In this document: piece after piece, positions 1 through 9,491 of the stretch | How the letters are laid out: each line of letters opens with the position of its first letter | How positions within the stretch are numbered: the first letter of the stretch is position 1 | DNA from: Bdellovibrionota bacterium | Lineage (GTDB): Bacteria > Bdellovibrionota_C > UBA2361 > CALJRW01 | Assembly (NCBI GenBank): GCA_041740355.1 | Contig: JBGSMD010000016.1 | Coordinates: 1-64,000 of the forward strand | Direction: 5' to 3' | Length of the DNA: 64,000 bases | Notes under the pieces: generated by a model | What the model saw: only the letters and a program-made list of their open reading frames with translations | Told to the model about the DNA's origin: nothing | Databases searched by the model: none | Program-made: the position numbers and the translations under genes

Positions 1-142
1 CATCAAAGGAGCTTTGATCAGTAGTTTTTACTAAGTTTTGAAAGAGAGAAAAACTAGGGGAACCAATTGTAAGAACTAGGAATAGAATTAAAACTGCTAA
101 AACAGGGATTAATTTCTTATTTAAAAAAATTGAAAATACCAT
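1..142 (-). CDS. Partial CDS (N-terminus, runs off the window), probable membrane or secreted protein
   Basis: ATG at 142-140 opens MVFSIFLNKKLIPVLAVLILFLVLTIGSPSF... with a hydrophobic helix and no stop before base 1; not in the ORF track. Confidence 0.55.
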   Translation of the reverse strand, partial: MVFSIFLNKKLIPVLAVLILFLVLTIGSPSFSLFQNLVKTTDQSSFD

Positions 143-497
143 TGTCTTAACCTAACCTTAATTATCCTATTTTGGGATGCAAATTAATAGTTGAAAGGTT
201 CAAATACTTGAAAACTCTTAGTGTTTTTATCAAAATCTTTTAAATTAAGGGTCAAATCATAGAATGGTAATTTTGCAAATCAAAATGACCCCTTATTTGG
301 AAGTGCAGAGTATTTGCTTATTAAGCAATATTTACATTATTTGGACAGGAGCAGTGTTCTGCAATTCTGATAGTAAAAAGTGAATGATTTTAAAGGAGTC
401 GCTTGTCCGCCCTTCGGGCTATGACGCGACACTTTCTCTGTGTCATTTGTTGCTGCGTGGAATCTATTGAATATGAGGGAGGTTGTTTTGCTGAGAG

Positions 498-613
498 TCC
501 GTCGTCGCTAGAAGTTATTTAAAGTTAGAATATTGTGTAAGGCTTTGACGTGATAAATCCGTCGTCGCTAGAAGTTATTTAAAGTTAGAATATTCTGTAA
601 GGCTTTGACGTGA
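498..613. repeat. Tandem direct repeat, 60 bp period, two 56 bp copies
   Basis: TCCGTCGTCGCTAGAAGTTATTTAAAGTTAGAATATT(G/C)TGTAAGGCTTTGACGTGA at 498-553 and 558-613, one mismatch. Confidence 0.95.
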
Positions 614-661
614 CATTTTATCCGTGTATCATTCCGCTTCGCGAAATATTTTTGAATAAAA

Positions 662-687
662 TGGTGGGCTGAAGAGAAGTTGAACTT
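662..687 (-). repeat. Degenerate duplicate of the tRNA-Ile 3' end
   Basis: TGGTGGGCTGAAGAGAAGTTGAACTT versus tRNA 746-771 TGGTGGGCTGAGAAAGAGTTGAACTT. Confidence 0.8.
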
Positions 688-745
688 GCAAATCATAAAT
701 GGGTTATTTTGATTTTGCCAAAGGCAAATCAAAATTCCCGAGATA

Positions 746-822
<77 letters not shown>

Positions 823-917
823 AAAGAATAAACAAATGAATTTGCTTTAATTTGGAAAACGTAAAATAGTAATTTAGACGATTATTGTCAAGTTTTGGGG
901 ACAATAATGCGAGTTAA

Positions 918-3599
918 TTAGCTTACAATTACATTTGCTAATTTAACTGATCCATCTTTAGGATTTTTCACTAATATGAAGCGATCTGTAAGACTTACTG
1001 GATGAAGGCTATCTTTTAAGTTTTCAACAATCATTTGTTTTAAAATTTCTTCATCAATTTTAATGTCAACTTCTAGGTTCGCCCGTTTTTTTCCATTTAC
1101 TTGAATTACAACATTAATTGTTTCTTGTTGTAATAATTCAGGATCAAAGGATGGCCACTTAGCGGATGTCACTGAATTAGCGTTACCTAATAAATTCCAA
1201 ATTTCTTCCGCTAAATGTGGCGCATATGGTGAAAGTAAAATTGCAAATAGCGAAGCTGATTCCTTAGAAAATTTTAGTTGGGAAGTATTATTTAAAAATT
1301 CCATCATACTAGATACTGGAGTATTAAATCTTAAATTCTCCAAGTCTAAGGTAATCTTTTGGATTAGCGCGGCTAAAGCCTTCTTTACTAAAAGATCCTC
1401 TTCCTCAACTGAAACAAAATCGAGGCGATTTGCAACAAAGCCATATGCCTTTCTTAAGAAGCGGTTTACTCCAGTTATAGCTTGTGAATCCCAAGATTTT
1501 TGTGCTTCAAGTGGTGCCATAAACATCAGAAATGTTCTTAGGGTATCAGCACCATATTCATTAATAATTTCATCCGGCGTTACAACATTACGAAGTGACT
1601 TGGACATCTTAGCAGTAATTCTTTCCACTTTCTCACCGCTAGATATTTGAATAAATTCACCAGCATCATTAGTATTAACTTCATCAACTGCAACTAATGC
1701 ACCGCGCGAGTCTTTATAGGCATAGCTAGTGAGCATTCCCTGATTAAATAATCTTTGAAATGGTTCATTCGTTGATACAAAACCCAGATCGAATAAAATT
1801 TTATGCCAGAATCGAGCATATAATAAATGAAGGACAGCATGCTCTGCTCCACCCACATATAAATCAACATTCATCCAGCTTTGTTCCAGATCTTTGGCCC
1901 AAGGTAGAGTAGAATTTTTTGGATCAATAAATCTTAAATAGTACCAACAAGATCCAGCCCACTGGGGCATGGTATTAGTTTCACGTCGTCCTTTTTGGCC
2001 GGTCTTTGGACAAATAACTTCTAACCAATTTTCCGCTTTGGCTAGTGGCGATTCCCCATCAGTAGAAGGTTTATAATCAGCAACTTCCGGTAAAACTAAT
2101 GGTAGCTGATCGTCTTCTAGTCCAGTTATTGAACCATCTTCCCAATGGATGATTGGAATCGGTTCTCCCCAGTATCTTTGTCTAGAAAATAACCAATCAC
2201 GTAGTCGGTAATTAACAACTTGCTTACCTTGTTGTTGCTTTTCAAGCCATTCGCAGATTGAGGTTTTTGCTAATTCATTATGCTTATTACTTAACGCAAG
2301 TTCTTTGAATACCGGGTAATCAATGGAGATCATTTTTCCAGATTCTGTCCAGCAAAGCTCTTTTGTTAATACCAATTTGGCGAGATCCTGATCTTCTGGA
2401 ACAATAACTGGAATAATTTCGACATTAAATTTTTTGGCAAATTCAAAATCTCTTTCGTCATGTGCGGGTACACCCATTACTGCCCCAGTCCCATAATTCA
2501 TCAGCACGTAATCTCCAATATAAAGGGGGACTTCAGCTTGATTAATTGGATTAACTAAATAAGTACCAGTGAAGACACCGGTCTTTTCACGATTCTCAAT
2601 AGTTCTAGAAAGATCGCTTAATTTACTTGCTTGATCACAGTAATTTTTAACGGCAATTTTTTGTTCAGTCGTAGTAAGAGCTTCAACTAAAGGATGCTCA
2701 GGAGAGATTACAAAAAATGTAACACCAAAAAGTGTATCCGGGCGTGTTGTAAAAGCAGTTAATTTAGTTTCTTTTCCTTTAACTTTAAAGTCAATTTCGG
2801 CTCCGTAACGACGACCAATCCAATTACGTTGTTGATCCTTAATACTTTCCGGCCAATTTAATGTTGGTAAATCCTCAATTAATCGTTCAGAATATTTAGT
2901 AATTCGTAGCAGCCACTGACGCATTGGTTTGCGAATAACATCGAAACTTCCAACTTCAGATTTTCCATCAATTACTTCTTCGTTGGAAAGTACAGTTCCT
3001 AATTCTGGACACCAGTTAACCATCGCGTAATCCATATATGCTAAGCGGAAACTATCACGATATTCTTGAATAGCCTTCTTGCCAGCCTTTGTTATTTCAC
3101 TTGGAATTGGTAATTCTGTAATAGGCCTAGCTTTTTGACTTGCTTCATCAAACCAAGAATTATAAATTTTTAGAAAAATCCACTGTGTCCACTGATAGTA
3201 TTCTGGATCGCACGTTGCAACTTCTCTTTCCCAGTCATAGGAAAATCCCAGTCTTTTTAATTGTTTCTTAAAAACTTCACAGTTCTTCTTTGTAAATTCA
3301 GCTGGGTGGTTTCCAGTGCGAATAGCATGTTGTTCTGCTGGTAATCCAAAGGCATCAAAACCCATTGGGTGGAGTACACTGAATCCTTGGAGACGTTTAA
3401 AACGTGAATAGATATCTGTTCCAGTATAACCTAGGGGGTGACCCATATGGAGACCACTGCCACTTGGATATGGAAACATATCCAGCACGTATGCTTTATT
3501 CTTACTGGCATTTTCAACAGGAACTTTATAAGGCTCCGTTTTCTCCCAAACCGCTTGCCACTTTTCTTCGATTTCTTGAAAATTATATTCTTTTTGCAT
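918..3599 (-). CDS. leuS: Leucine--tRNA ligase
   Basis: MFPYPSG...HMGH (HIGH), FTTRPDT editing domain, SRQRYWG, KMSKS; start moved to ATG 3599 (MQKEY) from ORF-track 3653. Confidence 0.97.
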   Translation of the reverse strand: MQKEYNFQEIEEKWQAVWEKTEPYKVPVENASKNKAYVLDMFPYPSGSGLHMGHPLGYTGTDIYSRFKRLQGFSVLHPMGFDAFGLPAEQHAIRTGNHPAEFTKKNCEVFKKQLKRLGFSYDWEREVATCDPEYYQWTQWIFLKIYNSWFDEASQKARPITELPIPSEITKAGKKAIQEYRDSFRLAYMDYAMVNWCPELGTVLSNEEVIDGKSEVGSFDVIRKPMRQWLLRITKYSERLIEDLPTLNWPESIKDQQRNWIGRRYGAEIDFKVKGKETKLTAFTTRPDTLFGVTFFVISPEHPLVEALTTTEQKIAVKNYCDQASKLSDLSRTIENREKTGVFTGTYLVNPINQAEVPLYIGDYVLMNYGTGAVMGVPAHDERDFEFAKKFNVEIIPVIVPEDQDLAKLVLTKELCWTESGKMISIDYPVFKELALSNKHNELAKTSICEWLEKQQQGKQVVNYRLRDWLFSRQRYWGEPIPIIHWEDGSITGLEDDQLPLVLPEVADYKPSTDGESPLAKAENWLEVICPKTGQKGRRETNTMPQWAGSCWYYLRFIDPKNSTLPWAKDLEQSWMNVDLYVGGAEHAVLHLLYARFWHKILFDLGFVSTNEPFQRLFNQGMLTSYAYKDSRGALVAVDEVNTNDAGEFIQISSGEKVERITAKMSKSLRNVVTPDEIINEYGADTLRTFLMFMAPLEAQKSWDSQAITGVNRFLRKAYGFVANRLDFVSVEEEDLLVKKALAALIQKITLDLENLRFNTPVSSMMEFLNNTSQLKFSKESASLFAILLSPYAPHLAEEIWNLLGNANSVTSAKWPSFDPELLQQETINVVIQVNGKKRANLEVDIKIDEEILKQMIVENLKDSLHPVSLTDRFILVKNPKDGSVKLANVIVS

Positions 3600-3757
3600 T
3601 ATTACTCTATTTCTACGATATTTATGAGGATTCCGAATGACTAGTAATAGCAAAAATTTAATTACTTTGCATCACTTGATAAATGCTCCAAATTAAGTTA
3701 AAAATGCGTGGCTGAAATTAAGAACCTCTTAAGAGTTATTAATTTCCGTAAACTTAA

Positions 3758-3792
3758 GGGGCAATAGTTCAGCGGTTAGAACGCTCGCCTGT
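3758..3792 (+). pseudogene. Exact duplicate of tRNA-Asp positions 1-35 (5' half)
   Basis: GGGGCAATAGTTCAGCGGTTAGAACGCTCGCCTGT identical to 3885-3919, then diverges. Confidence 0.9.
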
Positions 3793-3884
3793 TTGAGTAA
3801 GGCCTTACTAGCGTAAGTCCTACTCGGGGGAAGTCGAGCATTGTAGCAAATGAATTACAACTTCATTCGGTATAATTAATATTT

Positions 3885-3960
3885 GGGGCAATAGTTCAGC
3901 GGTTAGAACGCTCGCCTGTCACGCGAGAGGTCGCGGGTTCGAATCCCGTTTGCCCCGCCA
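3885..3960 (+). tRNA. tRNA-Asp(GTC)
   Basis: 76 nt cloverleaf, anticodon arm CTCGC-CTGTCAC-GCGAG, T loop TTCGAAT, encoded CCA; TATAAT at 3871-3876 just upstream. Confidence 0.97.
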
Positions 3961-3983
3961 AATTATTTGGCATATTTGTAGGT

Positions 3984-4067
3984 CGGGATTCGAACCCCGC
4001 CCCGCAGGGAGTATGCTGCGAATCTTAAATTTGCGAAGCAAATTTAACTCGTTTGCCCCGCCAAATT
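3984..4067. repeat. tRNA-linked repeat: inverted T-arm copy, perfect hairpin and duplicated tRNA-Asp 3' end
   Basis: 3984-3997 is the reverse complement of 3935-3948; TTAAATTTGC-GAA-GCAAATTTAA at 4025-4047; CGTTTGCCCCGCCAAATT at 4050-4067 equals 3947-3964. Confidence 0.85.
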
Positions 4068-4223
4068 TTTTTTAGTTTGAACTTGGAACTAGTAAAAAAT
4101 TTAGCAGTTAATATGAGTCATATTTTAGTTTTTATATAACTTTTGATATATATTACTGAAGTATATGAGCAGTTATCTTCATAAATAATTTATTGAATTA
4201 TTTATGAAGAGAAGTGGACTTGT

Positions 4224-4296
4224 GGGCCCATAGCTCAGTTGGTAGAGCGCCTGCCTTGCACGCAGGAGGTCATCAGTTCGACCCTGATTGGGTCCA
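4224..4296 (+). tRNA. tRNA-Ala(TGC), CCA not encoded
   Basis: GGGCCCA/TGGGTCC acceptor stem with G3:U70, anticodon arm CCTGC-CTTGCAC-GCAGG; discriminator A followed by CTC. Confidence 0.95.
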
Positions 4297-4350
4297 CTCT
4301 CTTTTTTCTTTACAATACTACTTTTCTTAACTTTCCCCTCAATAAGTTAC

Positions 4351-5718
4351 TTGAACTCCTTAGTCGATTTCCCTCAGTTATCAAATCAATGTGAGAGATT
4401 AGCAAATAATCCTAACGTCATCATATTATCTAATGCTCTTGGCGCTCATTCCAAATTACATCTAGTTGGTGGAGCCATCCGTAATTTAGCATTAAATCTT
4501 CCCACTAAAGATTTAGATTTTGCAACTGTTCTAACACCACAAGAAGTTTTTAAAGCCTGCCAGAAAGCAAAGATTTCTGTTTATTCTACGGGTTTAGCGC
4601 ATGGTACTGTCACTGCTAACATCGATAATGAGAATTATGAAATTACAACTTTTCGTCAGCCTGGGCAGAGAAATTCGGAATTGTTTTCTAAGGAAATTGC
4701 AATAGATTTAGCAGGAAGAGATTTTACTTTAAATGCTATCGCCTACGATCTACAAAATAAGATTATTGTAGATCCTTTTGATGGACTAAAAGATTTATTT
4801 AATCGCATGTTGAGGGCTGTGAGCGATCCTGAACTTCGCTTTGAGGAAGATCCACTGCGAATATTGCGAATGATTAGAATAGCTGCGGAAGTTGAAGTGA
4901 ATATTGATCCAGCAACTTTTTCTGTAGCTAAGAATTTTTTACGAGATTTGCGAAAAGTCAGTCCAGAACGGATTCGCGTTGAGTTAGAAAAAATCCTTTT
5001 AACGAACCGAACCAGAATAGCTTTTAATCAGATGCTTGAACTAGGTATATTAGGAGAGATTCTGCCGGAAATGTTACCAGCTGTAGGCTTTGAACAAAAT
5101 GATTTTCACCACGAAGATGTTTATAATCATTTGCTTAGTGTGATTGAACAAAGCGCACCTATACTAAAAGTGAGACTAGCCGCTTTGTTTCATGATTTCG
5201 GCAAGCCTCATACCCTAACAATTGGCGAAGATGGACGAAGACATTTCTTTAACCACGAAAAGATCAGTACTGAGCTTTGCATAAAGATTATGGAAAGACT
5301 GCGATTCTCCAAATCGATGGTCAAGTCGGTGAGCAGAATTGTTGCTTTTCATATGCGCCCTCTAAGTTGTGGGGCTGCAGGAGCACGCCGTTTAATTAGA
5401 GATCTTGAAGATGATTTTGATGATTGGTTTTTGCATAAACAAGCAGATTATTCTGCTAAATTTGATTTTGATGAATTTAATGAGGGTCAGAAGAAGTTTT
5501 TAGAAATAGTCGAACTTGAAAAGCAGCGACAAGCTTCGCCTGTTTATGGTAGCCTAGCTATTAATGGCGATGACTTGATTTCTCTGGGACTTTTGCCAGG
5601 TAAGGATATTGGTCGAATTCTATCAGAAATCAAGGAAGAATTAATGGATCACCCAGAATTTAATCAAAGAGAAATTTTATTAAATAAGGCTAAAGAGCTG
5701 ATTTCGAAATCAAAATGA
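4351..5718 (+). CDS. tRNA nucleotidyltransferase (class II, CCA/CC-adding family) with HD domain
   Basis: LVGGAIR..DLDF, ITTFR, RDFTLNA, EDPLRILR, HD motif HDFGK; the ORF-track start 4288 lies inside tRNA-Ala, so TTG 4351 is preferred (uncertain). Confidence 0.88.
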   Translation: MNSLVDFPQLSNQCERLANNPNVIILSNALGAHSKLHLVGGAIRNLALNLPTKDLDFATVLTPQEVFKACQKAKISVYSTGLAHGTVTANIDNENYEITTFRQPGQRNSELFSKEIAIDLAGRDFTLNAIAYDLQNKIIVDPFDGLKDLFNRMLRAVSDPELRFEEDPLRILRMIRIAAEVEVNIDPATFSVAKNFLRDLRKVSPERIRVELEKILLTNRTRIAFNQMLELGILGEILPEMLPAVGFEQNDFHHEDVYNHLLSVIEQSAPILKVRLAALFHDFGKPHTLTIGEDGRRHFFNHEKISTELCIKIMERLRFSKSMVKSVSRIVAFHMRPLSCGAAGARRLIRDLEDDFDDWFLHKQADYSAKFDFDEFNEGQKKFLEIVELEKQRQASPVYGSLAINGDDLISLGLLPGKDIGRILSEIKEELMDHPEFNQREILLNKAKELISKSK

Positions 5719-6125
5719 AGCAGATAATTTATTGTTCCTTTCTATCTGTCTTCCTACTTATGTTCTATCCCTTTCAAGAAGATTTAATTTGGGTTCCAGC
5801 TAGAAATTTTGAAACTGCTTATCAGGAAATATTACTTAATAATGAACATAATGCTGATTTTAGCTTAGAAGTAAATTTAGGGGAGCAGCCAACACAATTT
5901 ATTGAATCATCGCAAATTAAAAAACCACTTAGAATGTTTGAGTTATTAAATGAATCAAGGATTTTTGCGAGACCATTAAACACTACAAAACCTTATTTAA
6001 AGATTAAATTAGCAGTTAAAGATGACACATTTAATTCTGAGTTGAGCTACAAACAATTTAAAAAAAATATGCCAGTTCAGTTAGTCATGAATTTATTGCT
6101 GTTAGAAGGCTCTTACTCTAAATGA
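5715..6125 (+). CDS. Hypothetical protein with N-terminal hydrophobic segment
   Basis: 136 aa ORF overlapping the upstream stop (ATGA). Confidence 0.6.
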   Translation: MKQIIYCSFLSVFLLMFYPFQEDLIWVPARNFETAYQEILLNNEHNADFSLEVNLGEQPTQFIESSQIKKPLRMFELLNESRIFARPLNTTKPYLKIKLAVKDDTFNSELSYKQFKKNMPVQLVMNLLLLEGSYSK

Positions 6126-6191
6126 GTTTTTTCTAATTCCTCTGAATTATTCTGATTGTGAGGAGTCTATTAATCTTAAGTCTGAATAATT

Positions 6192-6827
6192 ATGAAGATC
6201 AAATTAATCCATATACCCTTAATTATTGTATTTTTAATTTTAGAAGCTACACAGCTAATGGCTAATGAAACCGAAAAACAAGTTGTTGATGCTGAAAAAC
6301 CAGCATTTGCAACTTTCGCGGGTGGTTGTTTCTGGTGTTTACAGTCTACCTTTGATCATACTCCGGGAGTCATTTCTACCTCCGTAGGTTTTTCTGGTGG
6401 TGATGAACTGAACCCTACCTACAATCAAGTAGCGTATGGAAAAACAGGCCATCTTGAAAGTATTCAAGTAAAATATTACCCAAGTAAAGTTAGTTACAAA
6501 TTATTACTTCACAACTTTTTTCTGGAGCATGATCCTTATGATGGGGAAGGACAGTTTTGCGACCGTGGGGCACATTATCGTCCCGCGGCTTTTTATCATA
6601 ACCCTGAACAGAAAATAGAAATTACGGACTATATTTCTAAACTAGAAAGTAGTGAGAAAGTAAAAACTCAAGTTTTAGCTTATAAAAACTTTTTCCCTGC
6701 TGAAGAATATCATCAAGATTTTTATAAAAAAGAACCTGAACATTATCAAAGATACAAAGCCGGGTGCGGTCGGGATAGAAGACTAAAAGAGATTTGGAAG
6801 GATAAGAAATCTCAAAAAAAGGATTAA
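6192..6827 (+). CDS. msrA: Peptide methionine sulfoxide reductase MsrA (exported)
   Basis: FAGGCFWC, GHLE, AEEYHQDFY; N-terminal signal peptide. Confidence 0.95.
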   Translation: MKIKLIHIPLIIVFLILEATQLMANETEKQVVDAEKPAFATFAGGCFWCLQSTFDHTPGVISTSVGFSGGDELNPTYNQVAYGKTGHLESIQVKYYPSKVSYKLLLHNFFLEHDPYDGEGQFCDRGAHYRPAAFYHNPEQKIEITDYISKLESSEKVKTQVLAYKNFFPAEEYHQDFYKKEPEHYQRYKAGCGRDRRLKEIWKDKKSQKKD

Positions 6828-6839
6828 TTAAAATCTAAT

Positions 6840-6882
6840 TATAGAGAACCCAAAAAAGGATTGCCGTTAAGGAAATTATTTT
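6840..6882 (+). repeat. Fragment of TATAGT MITE-like family, subtype 2 (left end)
   Basis: TATAGAGAACCCAAAAAAGGATTGCCGTTAAGGAAATTATTTT closely matches 53933-53975. Confidence 0.7.
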
Positions 6883-6902
6883 CAGAGATAGTGCTAGAAA
6901 AA

Positions 6903-7079
6903 TTAATTACTCTCTAGAATCACAAGGGCGTGATATGAAAGTGAGTTAGATCCCATTGCTGGAGGTGTAGTCGAAAACTTAATATCAATCAATGTTGAGT
7001 TTGAATCGGAGATAGCTTTGTTGATTTCTTTTTCAACAACTTCACGACTGATTGAGCTAAATATTTTAACGGTTTTCAT
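6903..7079 (-). CDS. 58 aa small protein, Cse60 (DUF2758)-like
   Basis: MKTVKIFSSISREVVEKEINKAISDSNSTLIDIKFSTT...YHALVIL fits the VKxF...E.EIN...IDIK(F/Y)...ALV pattern; below the ORF-track cutoff. Confidence 0.6.
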   Translation of the reverse strand: MKTVKIFSSISREVVEKEINKAISDSNSTLIDIKFSTTPPAMGSNSLSYHALVILESN

Positions 7080-7164
7080 AGTAGTACTAATTTAAAAAGA
7101 AATCTTAGCTGATTTTATCACATTCCTTGCCAAGAAGCTTTGAACTTTCGTGATAAGTTTTAAA

Positions 7165-8175
7165 TTAATTTAGCTTCTTAATTGATTCAATTATTTTTAA
7201 TTGTTCAATAATTTGCCAAGTCTGAATTTTTAATTCTGATTTTCCATGGATTACCTCAGCTAAGTTAATAAAAAGTCCCATCCAGTTACCAGAGATTGTG
7301 TCGATGGTGTTAGTGGATTTGATTTCCTTATCGATAGTATTTAAAACTCCATTAAATTCTTGCTGTTCTTTCCCAAATCCAGGAGTATCGGGCCAGATTC
7401 CTACTTTAAGTTGATCTTCTTGAATATCAATCCCATACTTCACAAAAGTTCCTTTGGTCCCGTGAATAACATAGCGAGGACCTTGCTCCTTAACCATTAA
7501 ACTCGACTTTAAGGTTACTTTTAAGTTTGGATAATTCAGGAAAAGATTAAAGGCATCATCAATTTTAGAAGCAGATCTCTCCGTAAATGTTTCTCCGTAA
7601 TAGCTTTCTGGTTTACCAAACAGACAAATTGCTTGATCGATTAAATGTGCACCAAGGTCATAAAGAATACCACTTCCCGGAGTGGCTGTTTCTTTCCACT
7701 CTTTAGAATTTAATTCCGGCTTAAAGCGATCATAAGAAGCTTCAAAACTATTTATTTCTCCAAGGATGTTAGAGCTAATAAGTTTTTGAATAGTTAGAAA
7801 ATCACTATCAAAACGACGATTTTGATAAGTGCAGCAAACTCGATTTTGTTTTTTAGCAAGCGCATATAATTCTATTGCTTCAGATGAAGTTGCCGACATT
7901 GGTTTTTCGATTAAGACATGTTTGCCAGCCAGCAATGACTTTTTTGCAAAATCAAAATGAGTGAAGTTTGGGGAGCAAATAGAGATTAAGTCAATTGTTG
8001 GATCGCTTAGTAGTAGATCTAAATCTGAGAATCGAATAACGTGTGGAAATAAATCACTTGGAATTTCTTGTGAGGTAACAATCGCTTTTAAATTAAAGGC
8101 ATCATTTACCATAAAAAAAGGGGCTTGCAGGTATCTTCCTGAAAGCCCAAAACCAAGCAGTCCAACATTAATCAT
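7165..8175 (-). CDS. Gfo/Idh/MocA family oxidoreductase (YdgJ/IolW-like)
   Basis: GLLGFGLSG Rossmann motif, HVLIEKP, QNRRFDSDF, GILYDLGAH. Confidence 0.92.
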   Translation of the reverse strand: MINVGLLGFGLSGRYLQAPFFMVNDAFNLKAIVTSQEIPSDLFPHVIRFSDLDLLLSDPTIDLISICSPNFTHFDFAKKSLLAGKHVLIEKPMSATSSEAIELYALAKKQNRVCCTYQNRRFDSDFLTIQKLISSNILGEINSFEASYDRFKPELNSKEWKETATPGSGILYDLGAHLIDQAICLFGKPESYYGETFTERSASKIDDAFNLFLNYPNLKVTLKSSLMVKEQGPRYVIHGTKGTFVKYGIDIQEDQLKVGIWPDTPGFGKEQQEFNGVLNTIDKEIKSTNTIDTISGNWMGLFINLAEVIHGKSELKIQTWQIIEQLKIIESIKKLN

Positions 8176-8188
8176 TGGTCTAGTCTTA

Positions 8189-9073
8189 TTATTGTTTTAG
8201 CGCAGCAATTCTTTCTTCTAGGGGAGGGTGCGTAGCAAATAAACTTAAGAATTTACTTTTGCCAGAGTTGTCCGAAATTTGTAGACTGGCAATTGCTTCC
8301 GTTCTCTTATCAGGAACGATCTGGCCTTTAACTCTTTGAAGGGCTTCTAGGGCAGCAATCATTTTCTCACGCCCAACTAATTTCCCACTACCAGAATCCG
8401 CACGGAACTCACGTTTTCTAGAAAACCATGCAACAACCGTTGATCCAAGAATTCCAAAAAGTATTTGTAAGACAATAACACTAATAAAGTGCACGATTTG
8501 CTGTTGTTCTTCCTTAACTGCTTGAGCAGCAAAAAAAGCGACCACACGAGCTAGGAACATCACAAAGGCGTTGACTACACCTTGGATCAGCGTAAGCGTT
8601 ACCATGTCACCGTTTTTAATATGGGCAATTTCGTGAGCGATAACACCTTCAATCTCATCTTTGCTCATGAAGCTGATTAGGCCAGACGAAACAGCTACTA
8701 AAGATTTTGACTTTGAAGGACCAGTGGCAAAAGCGTTAATATCATCACTTTGAAAGATACCAACTTCTGGCATGGCTGGTAATTTAGCTTGACGAGAGAT
8801 GTTATAAACCATGTCGATAAGCCACTGGTGTCCTTGAGCATTTTTAGAATCAATCAGTTGAACGCCCATCATTTTTTTGGCCATCCAGCGACTCAAGGCT
8901 AAGGAAATAAATGAACCAACCATCCCCCAGACCAAACAGAAGATTAGTAGTGATTTATAGTCGATACCCTGCGTTGTCATGTATCCGGAAACACCGAAGA
9001 CCTGTAAAACAATAGTAACAACGGTTAGGACTAAGACGTTAGTTAAGATGAAAAGACCAATTCTTTTAAACAT
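8189..9073 (-). CDS. htpX: Membrane zinc protease HtpX
   Basis: NAFATG, AHEIAH, NGDMVT, FSRKREFRAD, THPPLEERI. Confidence 0.95.
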   Translation of the reverse strand: MFKRIGLFILTNVLVLTVVTIVLQVFGVSGYMTTQGIDYKSLLIFCLVWGMVGSFISLALSRWMAKKMMGVQLIDSKNAQGHQWLIDMVYNISRQAKLPAMPEVGIFQSDDINAFATGPSKSKSLVAVSSGLISFMSKDEIEGVIAHEIAHIKNGDMVTLTLIQGVVNAFVMFLARVVAFFAAQAVKEEQQQIVHFISVIVLQILFGILGSTVVAWFSRKREFRADSGSGKLVGREKMIAALEALQRVKGQIVPDKRTEAIASLQISDNSGKSKFLSLFATHPPLEERIAALKQ

Positions 9074-9182
9074 GTATTTTAGTATTAAGAAAGTTTTAGA
9101 TCGTGCTTATATGAAACACAGTGATATTAATAATCATTTATATTAAGAGATTCAAGTATAAAGGACAATCTTTTCCGGGAAG

Positions 9183-9491
9183 TTATTTACCAAATTTATC
9201 TGGATGCCGTTCTTTGAGTATTTTAATTGATTCTAATTCCAAATCGGCAATTTTACACGTTGATTTCTTTCCCTCTAGATTGATAAACAGGGATGCGAAG
9301 ACCAGATCTAATAGTTCATGTTTATCGGAATTATCTAACTCGATATCATGATATTTGTAGGCATCGTCAACATTATAGAGTGTAACTCCTGTAGGGTTTA
9401 GCTCAGAAATTCCAATGATGCTTTCGCCAAAACAATCTATTTGCTCAAATCTTTGACAATTGAAAATGCCACTGTGTGTTAATAAGTACAT
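9183..9491 (-). CDS. Hypothetical protein
   Basis: 102 aa ATG-start ORF, no recognised motif. Confidence 0.55.
   Translation of the reverse strand: MYLLTHSGIFNCQRFEQIDCFGESIIGISELNPTGVTLYNVDDAYKYHDIELDNSDKHELLDLVFASLFINLEGKKSTCKIADLELESIKILKERHPDKFGK

Noticed and set aside
498-613. CRISPR array
   Set aside because: Only two 56 bp units separated by 4 bp, with no spacers and no cas genes
3758-3960. Intact intron-containing tRNA-Asp
   Set aside because: The intervening sequence is too short for a group I core, contains the second 5' half and ends in T rather than the terminal G
4288-4350. ORF-track N-terminus of the nucleotidyltransferase
   Set aside because: It starts inside tRNA-Ala and translates its T-rich trailer
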